Below the pieces are notes generated by a model. It ran no database searches. It saw only the letters and a list, made by a program, of their open reading frames with translations, and was not told the origin of the DNA. Both the position numbers and the translations under genes were made by a program. Shown here piece after piece: positions 24,999 through 39,036 of a DNA stretch of 64,000 bases. The DNA lies in contig OZ024750.1 of assembly GCA_964016885.1 (NCBI GenBank), positions 7,254,001 to 7,318,000 on the forward strand, written 5' to 3'. Within the stretch, counting starts at the first letter, position 1. Each line of letters opens with the position of its first letter. The DNA is from Eledone cirrhosa. Taxonomy: Eukaryota.

Positions 24999-25869
24999 AT
25001 TATATATATATAATGATAATATATCTATAATGATAATGACTATATATATATATATATATATACATATATACATATATATTATCATCATCGTTTAACATCC
25101 ATTTTCCATGCTAGCATGGATATATAATGATAATAATAAGGAGCAGGAACTCTGCCAAAAATATGAACAGTACAACAAAAATAAAATAAAATAAAATAGA
25201 ATAAAAAGACACTATTAAATATTAAATATGAACATTTTAATTCTACCATTAAGACTGTTGCCATTTTGATTTAGATTCTAATGATACTGTTGAGGATTGA
25301 GTTGATATGTTGTTCAGTAAGAGGTACTAAATAAAGCACAGCTTCACAATACGGCAAACAGCCATTTAAAACAAACAACAAAAACTATAACAAAGAACAT
25401 CTATTAGAATCAATGGACCAAATCATAGCAGCTGCAACAGTTATGCATTGACTACTTTTTATTTAGGCTGGTTTGTAGTTATATTTAGATTGTTCAGCAT
25501 GGCTGGCTTAACACTAATCAAGACATTATTGGGAGGGAGAGAGAGAGAGAGAGAACGAGAGAGAGGGGGGGGGGGGGAGAGAAACAGTTTCAATAGAACG
25601 GATCAGAGTTGGGAGCTGCTGGAAAAGAAGGAAGGATAAAAATAAAATAAAGTAAAAAATAAATAAGTAAAAAGATAAATAAAAGAATGGTGTAAGAAAA
25701 ATAGATTGGCAGAAAATTCAATTAATTACTATTAATAACATAAAAGGAAATTGTATTTGAAAGATATAAAAAAGGAACTGGGCCAGTCCAATAGTTTATC
25801 TTAGGAGCAAAGGATTAAAAGAGAAGAGAAACCAGAAAAACTCAGCAGTTTATAGGAAAATATATTATT

Positions 25870-26698
25870 TTACAAACAAAGGGTAAGAACGGGATGGAAG
25901 AAGTTTAGGGAACTACTACCATTGCTAGCTGCAAAAGGCTTCTCCCTCAAAATGAAAGGCAGACTGTATGATGCGTGTATCCGAACAGCGATGTTGCATG
26001 GTAGTGAGACCTGGGCGCTGAAGGTGGAAGACTTACGTAGATTAAAGAGAAACGAAGCCTGCATGCTCCGATGGATGTGTAATAGTAATATACACGAACG
26101 ACAAAGCATAAATGAATTGAGAGAGAGACTGAGCGTAAGAGGAATCAAATGCTGTGTGCAGGAGAGGCGGTTGCGTTGGTATGGACATGTGATGCGTATG
26201 AAGGATGACAGCTGCATAAAAAGGTGCAGAGCACTAGAAGTCGATGGAAACCACGGAGTGGGGAGACCCTAGATGACCTGGATGAGGTGATAAAAGCCGA
26301 CCTTACCCAATTACACCTCTCAAAGGCGATGACACACGACCGTGACCTCTGGCGTCACGCAGTAATACAGAGTACCCGACCTCCCATGGGTACAAGCTGA
26401 AGCATATAGACAATATGCCCCCACGCCCCCCACCGCAAGGTGGTCGTAGAGGTGCCACGGCCAAAAAGCACCCAGCACTCACTGTAAAGTGGACGTGTAG
26501 GCACCACGAAAAAAGCCCCCAGCACTCACTGTAAATGAGGTTGGTGTTAGGAAGGGCATCCAGCTGTAGAAATCAAGTCAGAATCAGTTCCTGTATGAGC
26601 AAGGCATGGTCAGCCGACCAGACACTGCCCACAACAGGACAACCCGTCTAACCCATGCTAGCGTGGAAGAACGGACGTAAAACGGTGATGATGATGAA
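25870..26698 (+). mobile_element. RTE-clade LINE 3' fragment with a composite tail
   Basis: Translation KGRLYDACIRTAMLHGSETWALK..LRWMC..RRLRWYGHVMRM..GRP is typical of the RTE ORF2 C-terminus; (GAT)n end. Confidence 0.85.
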
Positions 26699-26730
26699 AC
26701 AATGATATATTTAAAAAATAAAAAACGGAT

Positions 26731-27208
26731 TACAGACACACAGACACATGTAGACACACACACATATACATACAGAGACACAGACACACACACAGACACA
26801 CACAGACATGCACACAAACATAGTCACACACACAGACACATGTAGACACACACACACACACAGATACATACAGAGACACAGACACAGACACACACACAGA
26901 GACATGCACACAAACATAGTCACACACACAGACACATGTAGAGATACACACACACACAGATACATACAGAGACACAGACACAGACACACACACAGAGACA
27001 TGCACACAAACACATGCATAGTCACACACACACACACACAGACAGACACACAGACACATGCAGAGACATAAATACAGACAGACAGACAGACAGACACACA
27101 GACACATGCAGAGACACATACACACAGACATGCACACAAACACATACATGAACAGTCACACATACACAGAGACACAGACATGGACACAATCACACACACA
27201 GAGACACA
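26731..27208. repeat. Compound (CA)/(GACA) microsatellite with higher-order duplication
   Basis: Visible directly. Confidence 0.9.
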
Positions 27209-27229
27209 GGTGGGGTGGGGTGGGGTACC

Positions 27230-27742
27230 TGGGGCTTCAGGTTTTGGGAGGGGGGGGGGTTCATACACAGCAAACCCCTCCAATTTTACATATCAAAGTT
27301 AGCTCGGTGCAAGTAAATGGAATTGAACAATTATACATACAGGTATTAAATTCAAAAATTCTAACCATCCTAAAGAGAACACAAATTGCTATGGCCATTA
27401 TTTCTGGTGGGGCCCCAGGGCAATTGCTCCCATTGCCCCCCCCCCCCCCACTAAACCCAGTCCTGTTTTGAGTCCCCAAATATACCTACCAAAATATTAT
27501 ACTGAGGAGACATTATAAAATGGTGTGACTCTGTATGACAAATGCTGATAATGTTTACCTCCAAATTCCGTATATTAAATCAATTAGAAACAAATCTTCT
27601 ATAGAAACAATGCTATCCAAAAACTAAAGAGCCCAGCAGAGGGCATAAATAAATTGCTATGGCCATTGCTGGTGGGATTCCCCACCGCAGGGGGTCTGGA
27701 GCAATTGCCTCCTTCACCCCTCCCCCATTAAATCCAACCCTG
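27230..27742 (+). mobile_element. Second copy of the 11396 repeat, with rearranged blocks
   Basis: Direct similarity to 11430-11860. Confidence 0.55.
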
Positions 27743-27815
27743 ATTCCCTTATGTCACTCACCAGTGGCCCTCTTGCTCTCAAGATATTTATTTTAATATT
27801 ATTATCATTTCATTT

Positions 27816-28010
27816 AGGGCGGTGGATTGGCAGTATCAGTAGAGGGTTGGACACCATGCTTTGCACCAAAGAGTTACAGCCCTTTATGGTCTGAGTTCAA
27901 ATCCCACTGAGGTTAACTTTGCCTTTCATCCTTACAGGGTCGATAAATAAAGCACCAGTAATACACTGGGATAATTGCAGGCCTTGTGCCAAAAAGTAGA
28001 AACAATTATT
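27816..28010 (+). mobile_element. SINE A
   Basis: Full head-to-tail copy. Confidence 0.85.
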
Positions 28011-29594
28011 ATGATTTCATTTCAACAGAGAGAAGTGCAACATATTCCATTAGTAAAATGTCTCTACCTTGTATCACTTTATACTACTTTGGTAATCATT
28101 TCCTAACTTTAATCAAATATATGCTGTAATCCAGACTATTTTAATCACAATAAAAATAACATTTCAGACACCAAAATCTAAATAATATGTATATAGAATT
28201 AATTCACATTTAGAACATCACAAATATGACTAATTAATTAAAAACAAAGAAACAAACAATAGCTGCATGTATATTTTTATGGATGAAAATTCTTGTTAAG
28301 ACATGCTATTATAGAAGTCACAAAATCCTTTAATAACAGGCTGGCTTGGAGCTTAAGCAATTTGATATTCTATGTTAACTTAAGACAGTCAAAGGGGAGC
28401 CATAAATATTGATCTAATCAAAGGCTTCTCAAGAAATATAGTTTTTTATAGATCTAATAACCAGGTAGGATAGTCTAATAAAACCTGTTGCCTGATAGGT
28501 ATTAACATAAATTATATTTTACTCTTAATTAATATTAGCTTTTTTCAATGTTTATCATTCAATGCTACCAGGAGATAGTCAATTACTTTTGTTTCATAAT
28601 ATTTAAACAAATATTTTTTAAACAAATTTTTAGAGGAAATAATATTCTCATGAATACAAGATAAAATAAATATTCTTTGTTACTATCAGTTGATATTTTC
28701 CTCCCAATGCAGACACATATATTGTATATTCTAGTTCAGCTGTAACTAATATCTTAACTCTACAAATTATATAGTTCTTCAGGAAGAAAAGGCCAGGTAT
28801 GCAATCTAATAATTGTTTCTACTTTTGGCACAAGGCCAGCAATTATCCCAGTGTATTACTGGTACTTTATTTTATCGACCCTGTAAGGATGAAAGGCAAA
28901 GTTAAAGGTCAGTCTCAAGCTCGGAGGCTCACCAGGTTGGTGCTTATCCTTTACAGAGTGTACTAGATGTATTTTACTGTTGTAAAAGCTCTAGAGAAGT
29001 TGTCATGTCTTTGATGTGGCTGAAGAGCCTTCTATAAGTCTACATTATATAGATCTCTAAGTCTACATAGTATAGGCTTTAAGAACCAGTATTTACCATC
29101 TTCATATAAGTTCATTACTTACTTCCTCCACTTTCCTTGTGCCTTTATATATATATGAAAAGATTCAGGACCCCAATAGCTGAACTCCGGCTGTTTTGAC
29201 AGCTAGTTTGGATTTAGCTGTCGAAATGGTGCCCTGAATCTTTTCATATTACCTACTCTACTACCCCAAGTATTAAGTACTCTTGTGGGTTATGGTCCAC
29301 CTGGTATTTTACCACACCCTTTCTGATATATATATATATATATATAATAAAATAAAACAAAGTTGAGTGGTTACTCCTTCATTATGATCTGTATCGATCT
29401 AGCCTGACTCTGTAATCCGCGGCTCATCAGACCCTTTTAGTGGTAATGAAAAAAATGATTATATGGGTATGTCCTTTAGTGAGGAAGTGTTGTGGAACAA
29501 TTCCATGGTGTTCCAGGTAAGCGCTCGACTACGTAAGAACCTAAACATCGAGTGCTCACCCGGGTGAACCTTCAGTAACTCCGCGTTACACTCC

Positions 29595-29630
<36 letters not shown>

Positions 29631-29660
29631 AGATCAAAAGATGGTTAAAAGAGTTCCAAG

Positions 29661-29731
29661 TATTTTATTATGCGCATTTCAAAAACAAATATCATCATGA
29701 GATGATATCTGCGTTTTCATCAGATAAAATA
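29661..29731 (-). ncRNA. Minimal type-I hammerhead ribozyme motif with intact core
   Basis: Minus strand reads tattttat CTGATGA aaacgcagatatcatc-tcat-gatgatatttgttttt GAAA tgcgca TA ataaaata: 8-bp stem I, 15/16-bp stem II, palindromic stem III ATGCGCAT. Confidence 0.85.
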
Positions 29732-29858
29732 GGGATACATGATATGAAGGTTAAAAAACACTTGTGAATAGTGAAGTTTTAAATCAATATGTAGAGTGCT
29801 ACTTATCCGATATTTGCATTGTGCATTGCTTTATTGTGCTACAATAAAACTCACCTCC

Positions 29859-29903
<45 letters not shown>

Positions 29904-30486
29904 GTATGTAATTCCGGGTTGAATCGGAGGTAACCACAGTAAGTAAGGTACTCAACAATGTATTTTATATATATATATATATAGACATGACCTTGGATAT
30001 ATTTTCTCTAGGTACCATTAACTGCTGTCTATGGTCTCACTGATTCTTTTTGCAACTGTTTTGTCAATGAGTAATTACCAGACAGCATGATCGATATTTT
30101 TTGTATAGATCAAAATTATTCTTGTGTGTGAGTGTGTGTATGTGTGAATGCATATGTTTATTTGTATGTGTGAAAGTGTGCGTGCGTGTGTGTGCATGTG
30201 TGTGTGTATGTGTACATAAAGGTGTGTAGTTTAGTAGTTAAAGTGTTGAGTTAAGTGATTATTGTATGTTCATAAATCCTTGAGCAAGACACCACCTTAT
30301 TTCAGTGGGTTCTGGTCTACTCCACACACTGTGTCATGCTGAGTCTCCCTGAGAATTATATGAAGGGTGTCTGTGGAATATCATCCACTTGCATGTTAAT
30401 TTCATGAGCAGGCTGTTCTGTCAATTGAACATATCGGAACTGACTGAGGTTTAACACAAGCACACACACACAAGCACTTACATAAG

Positions 30487-30518
<32 letters not shown>

Positions 30519-31249
30519 CACATGCACACACACACACATATACACACATATTCACACACACAAATGTTCACACACACATACAAACACATACACACATACG
30601 CAAACACACATATACTCACATATATACACTCACAAGCACACACACAGAGTTTATTTGCACAGTGAAGTCCAATGTATATTTACTAAATGTACACAAATCA
30701 TAAAGTCATTTATGATATAACTATATATTCATTGCCCTACTACTGTAGTTAATTAATATGCGTGACAACTTTTCATGTATGTTTAGATTAGATGTCATGT
30801 TTATATGAAAAAACAGAAAAAGGCAACAATCCTTTCAGACTAGATTTAAATATGAAATACATTAGTTGGACTTTGATAATGATCTTAAACACAATTTTAT
30901 AATTTTCAGGGTTCCTGTCAACCTCTAGTCATGCTCAACAGCTTGGAAGAATTGCTAAAATTCAGGTTTTTCGCTAATCGGAAGTTTGGTGTAATTAAAC
31001 AGTACTCCATTACTTTAGCGATAGTGAGATAAAATCTTGATGTGACAGAAGTTCTCACACTGTAGGTGTTTTGGTAAGAATTATAGTATCAAAACACGAA
31101 ACTAAATGACAAATATATTTATTAGTTGTTATATTTTAGATGTAAACTAGCTTTGATCAAGTAAACATAGGATCAAAAACACATCAGTCTTGATCACTTG
31201 ATCATCATGGGTTTTTTTCCTATAGATAGTGAACACTTTATCTCACATC

Positions 31250-31448
31250 GCACAAGGCCAGTAATTTGTGGGGAGGGGAAAGTCGATTAAATCGACCCAG
31301 TGCATTACTGGTGCTTTATTTTATCGACCTCGTAAAGATGAAAGGCAAAGTTAACCTCGGTGGGATTTGAACTCAGACCGTAAAGGGCCGTAACTCTATG
31401 CTGCAAAGCAGGTGTCCGGCCCTCTACTTATACTGCCAATCCACCACC
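31250..31448 (-). mobile_element. SINE A
   Basis: Reverse-complement copy. Confidence 0.85.
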
Positions 31449-31450
31449 AA

Positions 31451-31606
31451 ATATCTCACATAATATCGAATCTACGAAATTTTGATATTATTTATTTTGA
31501 AAACAATACCTTAACATAAGTATGAACAGCTGGTTATGGCTGGTTTGAATAGAAAGAGGTGAGAGAATTCTGTCCGGATATGGCCGGTTTAAATGCTAAA
31601 GGGTTA
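31451..31606 (-). mobile_element. piggyBac-like MITE, truncated
   Basis: Reverse-complement similarity to 2873-3030; ends taaatgctaaagggttaa. Confidence 0.7.
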
Positions 31607-32152
31607 AAGAGACATCAAGAATATTTACATTATAGGAGTTGAAGTGAACAGATGGTTTCAAACATGCTGATTTACTTTTACCACACTTAATAAAGTAATT
31701 AATCAGTGAATTGAATCACAAATCAGCTGAATGAGTAATAAACAAAGCAATTATGTTGACTTTTACTGCTTAATAGGATGGTGAATCATTTTTATTAATC
31801 TAACTTAAGAGATCATTTGAACTTCAGAAGGATTGGTTCAAATCTTATCAAAACATCAAACTCTGATCAATATGGAGTTGATTTCACAGAGAAGACAATA
31901 AATCAATATAAAGAACATATAAGGATGTTGTTCATATTGTAATTATTGTTTCTGAGTGACACTAAGTTGAGTTGAGTTGCAATATGTCATAATATAAAGA
32001 ATAGATCCACTAGCACAAGCATTGTGATAAAGATGACAGAACTGAGCTGACTGGTAATATGCCATAATACAAAAGACCTGTCCACCAGTACCAGCACTGT
32101 GACAGAGATAACACAAGACTGAGATGAGTGGTGATATACCTCAATACAAATG

Positions 32153-32382
32153 TGAAGGCGCATGGCTTAGTGGTTAGAGCATTGGGCTTGCAATCGAAAG
32201 GTTGTGAGTTCAATTCTCGGACTGAGTGATGTGTTGTTTCCTTGAGCAAGACACTTTATTTCACGTTGCTCCAGTTTACTCAGCTGTAGAAATGAGATGA
32301 TAGGACTGGGGTTCCTATCATTAAATCACCCAAGACACCGCCAACGAGATATACCTTGGAGGAGGCCAGCAGCTGTCACACA
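32153..32382 (+). mobile_element. SINE B, same tail as 14921
   Basis: Direct similarity. Confidence 0.8.
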
Positions 32383-33570
32383 CAAAAGACCTGTCCACCA
32401 GTACCAGAACTGTGACAGAGATAAGACAGATCTGAGTGGTGATAAACCATAATACAAAAGATATGCCCACCAGTAATCTCATACCTAAGACAACTTCTTT
32501 AGTATTGGGGCCACAATAAAATGTCCCCTTGTAAAGTGTTAGCGTTGGTACCATGATAAAATGCATCTTGTAGCCTTTGTAAAATGGTAATGCTGATATC
32601 AGGAAAAAAACAATCATCCTGGTGTCATGAAAAGAGCACCCAGTACACTCTGAAAGGTGGTTGATGTTAGGAAGGTCAGCCAGCAGTAGAAGGTCATGCC
32701 CCAAATAGAATACAATTAGCAAGATTGGCTGCTTTGATTCATCTGGTTTCAGAGTGTGACAACCCATCTAACCCATGGAAAGCGGACATAAAAAGATGTT
32801 AATAATAATAATAATAATTGTTTCTACTTTTGGCACAAGGCCAGCAATTATCCATTGCATTACTGGTACTAATAATAATAGATGATGATGATGATGGTGA
32901 TGACGATGATGATGATGGTTTCTAGAACAATCGAACAATGTCTACAAATGTTATCATCAGTAGATTTGTTTTTGGAACTGCCATAGATTATACAGAACAG
33001 CAGTATGGCATGTCAACACTCCTCTCCCTCATGTCACATCATATCTGACAGGCTCAATAGTCATAGATCCAATCTCACCACTACTTCCTATGACATAATT
33101 GGTCTTCTGCCAGGGGGTATCATACCTAGAGAGCACGCAGTACTCGTTCATTCAGCAGCTGTTATTGTTGATTCCCAACACATGTCCATAGATAGTACAG
33201 GCACCACAGCTCTGCACATCAGCTACAGCTAATATTTTTCATGCACACCTTTATTCTATTTTCTTACTTGTACTCTGTTGGATCATATTGACATCATTTT
33301 TATCCAGTTTCTACAGACCTTCTTATATTTAAATCATATGTCTAAATGCTATGCAACATAACACTTCCTATACATGTATCCAATAGTATTCTCACTCTAC
33401 AGAAATAGAAGTATTTTCTCATCAAAGAAGCTACTTTCTCCCCGAAAATTCCTCACTTATTGTATCCTAACTAACTCTACTTTCACCACAACTTTCAACA
33501 TTTCAACATATCAATAATAAGAAGGAAGTGAGTGAGAATGTTGATAGTTGACATTTAAATGAGTTTTGTT

Positions 33571-33606
<36 letters not shown>

Positions 33607-33721
33607 TAAGATATTTAACATGTGTTTTTCTTGTTATATGATCACCTTACAGAGTAGACAAGTGGCTGTTTGTTATGGCATTCATGACTGTGGGAGAGCA
33701 AGTTGATGTGTCATGGGAGTG

Positions 33722-33756
<35 letters not shown>

Positions 33757-33927
33757 TTGTCTGATAATCTGGTAAGTATACAGGTGAAACTCTTGACTAA
33801 CCATAATAAAAACATATATATATATATTTAGAACAAATTAAAGTTTAAGCGAAGAATTGCTGCTTTCACCGGATTTTAGTCTTCACATTCATTATTACTA
33901 TATATATATATATATATATAGGCTTCA

Positions 33928-34685
33928 CATGCAGCAGCTGAACTGGGACAGCAAGCAGCAAACAGCCACAGGAAACAAGTACCACCAATCTCTGGGAGGG
34001 CTCTGTAGAGACAGTAGACAGCTTCTGCTACCTAGGTGACCGAATTAGCAGCGGAGGTGGGTGTTCAGAAAGTACAATAACTAAGGTAAGAATGGGATGG
34101 AAGAAGTTCAGGGAACTACTACCACTGCTAACTGCAAAAAACTTCTCCCTCAAAATGAAAGGCAGACTGTATGATGCGTGGAAGACTTACGTAGATTAGA
34201 GAGAAATGAAGCCTGCATGCTCCGATGGATGTGCAATAGTAATATACGTGAACGACAAAGCACAAATGAATTGAAAGAGAGACTGAGCATAAGAGAAATC
34301 AAATGGTGTGTGCAGGAAAGGCGGATGCGTTGGTATGGACATGTGATGCGTATGAAGGATGACAGCTGTATAAAAAGGTGCAGAGCACTAGAAATCAATG
34401 GAAACTGCGGAGTGGGGAGACCCAAGATGACCTGGGATGAGGAGATAAAAGCCGACCTTACCCAATTACACCTCTCAAAGGTGATGACACACGACCGTGA
34501 CCACTGGCGTTACGCAGTAATACAATGGGTACAAGCTGAAGCATATAGACAATATGCCCCCACACCCTCCCACTGCAAGGTGGTCGTGGAGGTGCCACGG
34601 CAAAAAAGCACCCAGCCCACACTGTAAAGTGGACGTGTAGGCGCCACGAAAAAGCACCCAGCACTCACTGTATATGAGGTTGGTG
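33928..34685 (+). mobile_element. RTE-clade LINE fragment, same family as 25870, with internal deletions
   Basis: Near-identical DNA to 25880-26545. Confidence 0.85.
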
Positions 34686-34850
34686 TAATAGGGAACCCAG
34701 TCCTATCATCTCATTTCTACAGCTGAGTAAACTGGAGCAATGTGAAATAAAGTGTCTTGCTCAAGGAAGCAACACATCACCCGGTCTGAGAATTGAACTC
34801 ACAACCTTTTGATTGCAAGGCCAATGCTCTAACCACTAAGCCATGTGCCT

Positions 34851-34942
<92 letters not shown>

Positions 34943-35371
34943 TGCAGTGCTGAGATCAAGGAAACCACTAATCATGGGATACTCAATGCATGAGGAGATG
35001 CAGAGTGGGTAGAGATATATAACACCCTGACCACGGTGCCAAGTGGTTTTGGTTTGTGTGTACAGCAAGCCTTGAAAAGGTTTGCTGGATACAAGCCAAA
35101 ACTGGTTGGCGCCGTGGTCAGGATTTTACATCTCTCTCACTGTGTATATATATGTGTGTGTGTGTGTGTAAAAGATAAACAAAATTAACCAAACAAATGG
35201 CACAGAACATGGAAGAAATATATTAGTTATGTATGTATGTATATATATATATATATATATATAAATATATATAAATATATATATGTATATAAATATATAT
35301 ATGTATATAAATATAAATATAAATATGAATATAAGTATATATATATATATATATAAATATAAATATAATAA

Positions 35372-35407
<36 letters not shown>

Positions 35408-35846
35408 TTTGTTTTTTATTTCATTTAATGGATAAACAACCTCATTTTTGAAACAATTACAACAATGAAACTACAATCCCCCAGCATATTTGTCTGACAA
35501 GATAACAAGCAATGCTGCCATTGTCTCATGGCAGCAGTATGTTGTCTAGTTTCTAGATTTAAATAGTTATTTCTTCACATATGTCTGCAACTTATGAGTC
35601 TCTGAATAATAAATAAAGAGGAATCTCTTTTCAGATATTTTGTGTGATCAATTTGTAATAAACTAACTAGAATGACAACAAACATTATAATATATATATA
35701 TACCCCTCCGTGGTATTTTCTTCGTGGTTATAAGAGGCTTAGCTCTGTTTCTCGACCGTTATATCGCGTGACTATCTCCCCCTCCGCCTTTTGGGATTCT
35801 TTCTCACGTCGTGTAGACGCGTTCTTGAGACTAGTAAAATGAGGTA

Positions 35847-35934
35847 TCCTCTTGATAAGTCGGCAGACCTCGCAAGGACTCTATATCTTTGATATATTGT
35901 TTTTGTTTATGCCACGAAACTACGTAGTCGAGGA
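35847..35934 (+). ncRNA. Hammerhead ribozyme motif, U3-A8 core variant
   Basis: tcctc TTGATAA gtcggca...tgccac GAAAC TACGTA GTC gagga: 5-bp stem I, palindromic stem III ACTACGTAGT, GUC site. Confidence 0.75.
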
Positions 35935-36168
35935 ATTTAGGAACAGTTTAGGTATGATACATTTTATTACTAATTATATCTAAATGTTTCTTCTCTCTTC
36001 ATAATGTATTTTTAACTCTGATACTGGTTCAGTCTAGTTCAAACTGAATTGGTCTGTCCCAGTCATTCATTGAGCAACATCGGTGAAGTTGGCACCCTTT
36101 ACTCACGGTTGGGTGCGGATGCATTCATGTATATATGTGTGCGTCCGCATGTATCTGTGTGTTTCTAA

Positions 36169-36254
<86 letters not shown>

Positions 36255-36600
36255 AACTGTAAATGAGGTTGACGTTAGGGTTAGGGTTAGGGGATTCAAG
36301 TGTAGAAACCAAGGCCAGAATCAGTTCTGTATGAATAAGACATGGTCACCTGACCTAGCATTGCTCACAACAGGACAACTCGTCTAACCCATGCTAGCAT
36401 GGAGAAATGGATGGATGATGATGATGATGATGATTATTATTATTATCATTATCATTATTATTATTATGCTTTGCAGCATAGAGTTACGGCCCTTTACGTT
36501 CTGAGTTCAAATACCGTCCGGGTTAATTTATGGGGTCGATAAAATAAAGTACCAGTAATGTACTGGGTAATTGCTGGCCTTGTGCCAAAAGTAGAAACAA

Positions 36601-36631
<31 letters not shown>

Positions 36632-37111
36632 TAACCCTTTAGCATTTAAACCAGCTATATCTGGCCAAGATTCTCTCTCTTCTTTCTGTTCAAACCACAG
36701 TTTGTCCATGACTGGTCCATGTAGTACCAGATTCAGGTATTTGGATCAACAAATATTATCACGTGTCTTATTTGGAAATTAGCATATAGTACCAGATATG
36801 ATTCTAACCAGGAACCCAGGCAACAGACATATATACAATTTATGTTATATTTTAAATTTATCTTTCAGTAAATGGCAGCCATAGCTATATTGAGCTGATA
36901 TCAGCACAGAGCTCACTGATTGGGTTATCAGTAAGTTATATATATATATAAATATATATGTATCCATATACATACACACACACGTATATATACATATACA
37001 TACATATATATATGTATCCATATACATACACACACACACATATATATACATATACATACATATATATACATATACATACATATATATACATATACATACA
37101 TATATATACAT

Positions 37112-37164
<53 letters not shown>

Positions 37165-37173
37165 CATATACAT

Positions 37174-37208
<35 letters not shown>

Positions 37209-37895
37209 CATATACATACACACACATATATATATAGGGACGAAACATAAGTCAATATATATATATATATTTATATATAAATATAAATATATATATATAT
37301 ACTGATTCTTTGATTTTTTTCTAAGTTTTCTCTGTGGTTTTCTATCAAATATAGGAATTTCATAACATAGAAATGTATGATTTCTTTTATCATACCATTG
37401 CAAGTTAAATAAAAATTAAAACAAAACAAAACACCTCCCACCAGCACCATCACTACCACCACCACCACCACTACCACCACTACTGCCACCACCACCAACA
37501 CATACATCTGTTCAGTTTAATTGCAATAAGAATAAAACATTATCGTGTTTTATGACATTTAACTTTTCAATAAATTAGAATTAATTGAAATTCCTATTAA
37601 TTTAGTTGCTTCAAGAATCCTGCAAATACTGGAAGTCTTTCACACTGTAAACTTTACATAGAGGAGGGGGTTAGTACTCCTTGTAACAAAGATGGGGCAA
37701 CTTTCTTTATTGTAAATGTATGGTAACAGCTGGTTGATATAAACCAACAATCAATATCATGTAAGTATTTGGTGTGGCATCTGTGATGAAGGAAATGACG
37801 CCTACATGATTATTATCTTACATGAGTGGACTGCCCCGTGCTGTTATGGCAGCTATAGCGTTGGACATATTTAATTTTTGGAGTCTAGGATTGGT

Positions 37896-37945
<50 letters not shown>

Positions 37946-38106
37946 AAAATAATTTGATTGTTTTATATTTTGTATCTCTGCTCTGTAATACATCTGATAA
38001 TTTACATTGAGCTTTTTCTCTTACTGGTAATTGGGTAGTGCTTAATACTACCCTTTCATATTTATAATTATATATAACTCATATATAAGTATAAATAATA
38101 TTATTA

Positions 38107-38144
<38 letters not shown>

Positions 38145-38160
38145 TGTTTAATATAGAAAT

Positions 38161-38212
38161 GGCTTCTACAGGACTAGAAGTGTTTCATTCAAAAGAAATC
38201 ATCAAGAAAGCC
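38161..38212 (-). ncRNA. Hammerhead motif (family H1), core TTGATGA
   Basis: ggctttc TTGATGA tttcttttgaat GAAACAC ttctagtc CTGTA gaagcc. Confidence 0.6.
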
Positions 38213-38513
38213 AACTATCCTTTTTGTATTAAACATCATGTTTACAGTCTACTAATGAAAGATCTTCATTGATTATGAAAGCTAGCGTTTGCAATGATTC
38301 TTAGAGCTTTAGTTGTGTTTTCCACATGTTGGAGTATAGTAAGAAAAAAAAAAAAAAATGGTCTCCTTGAAATGATTGGTGATTGTGTATTGAATATATA
38401 TTATTCAATCACTATCATATTTTACTGAAAAAAAGAAAAATGTTTAACCACTGTACTAATTCTGACTATATATACCTCTACCTGTATGTGTTGATATTAT
38501 ATATTATAAAAAT

Positions 38514-38732
38514 AGGGCGGTGGATTGTCAGTATTGGTAGAGAGTCGGACACCATGCTTTCTAGCATAGAGTTACGACCCTTTATGATCTGAGTTCAAAT
38601 CCCGCCGAGGTTAACTTTGCCTTTAATCTTCTGGGGGTCGATAAAATAAAGTACCAGTCACGTACTGGGTCGATTTAATCGACTTTCCCCTTCCCCCAAA
38701 TTGCTGGACTTGTGCCTATATAAGGAACCATT
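38514..38732 (+). mobile_element. SINE A
   Basis: Full copy. Confidence 0.85.
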
Positions 38733-39005
38733 ACATATTAAAGTTCACGCAAACATCTATATTGTTTATATTAACTTGTAATCATTAATAATACTTCCAA
38801 TTGAAACAGTAAATAACGTGTAATATATAATAAATAATAGATAACTTGTCAGAAAACATGGAGTGAGTCAAGATATTATAGTTTGAAATAACCATTAGTC
38901 ACTTGATAAATAGCTTTATGTGAAACTTAGAATAGCTATAGAGTTACAGATTAAAGTTTTCAGTAAATCTACAGAAGGACATTGAGGAAGAAACAGTTGC
39001 ATATT

Positions 39006-39036
<31 letters not shown>

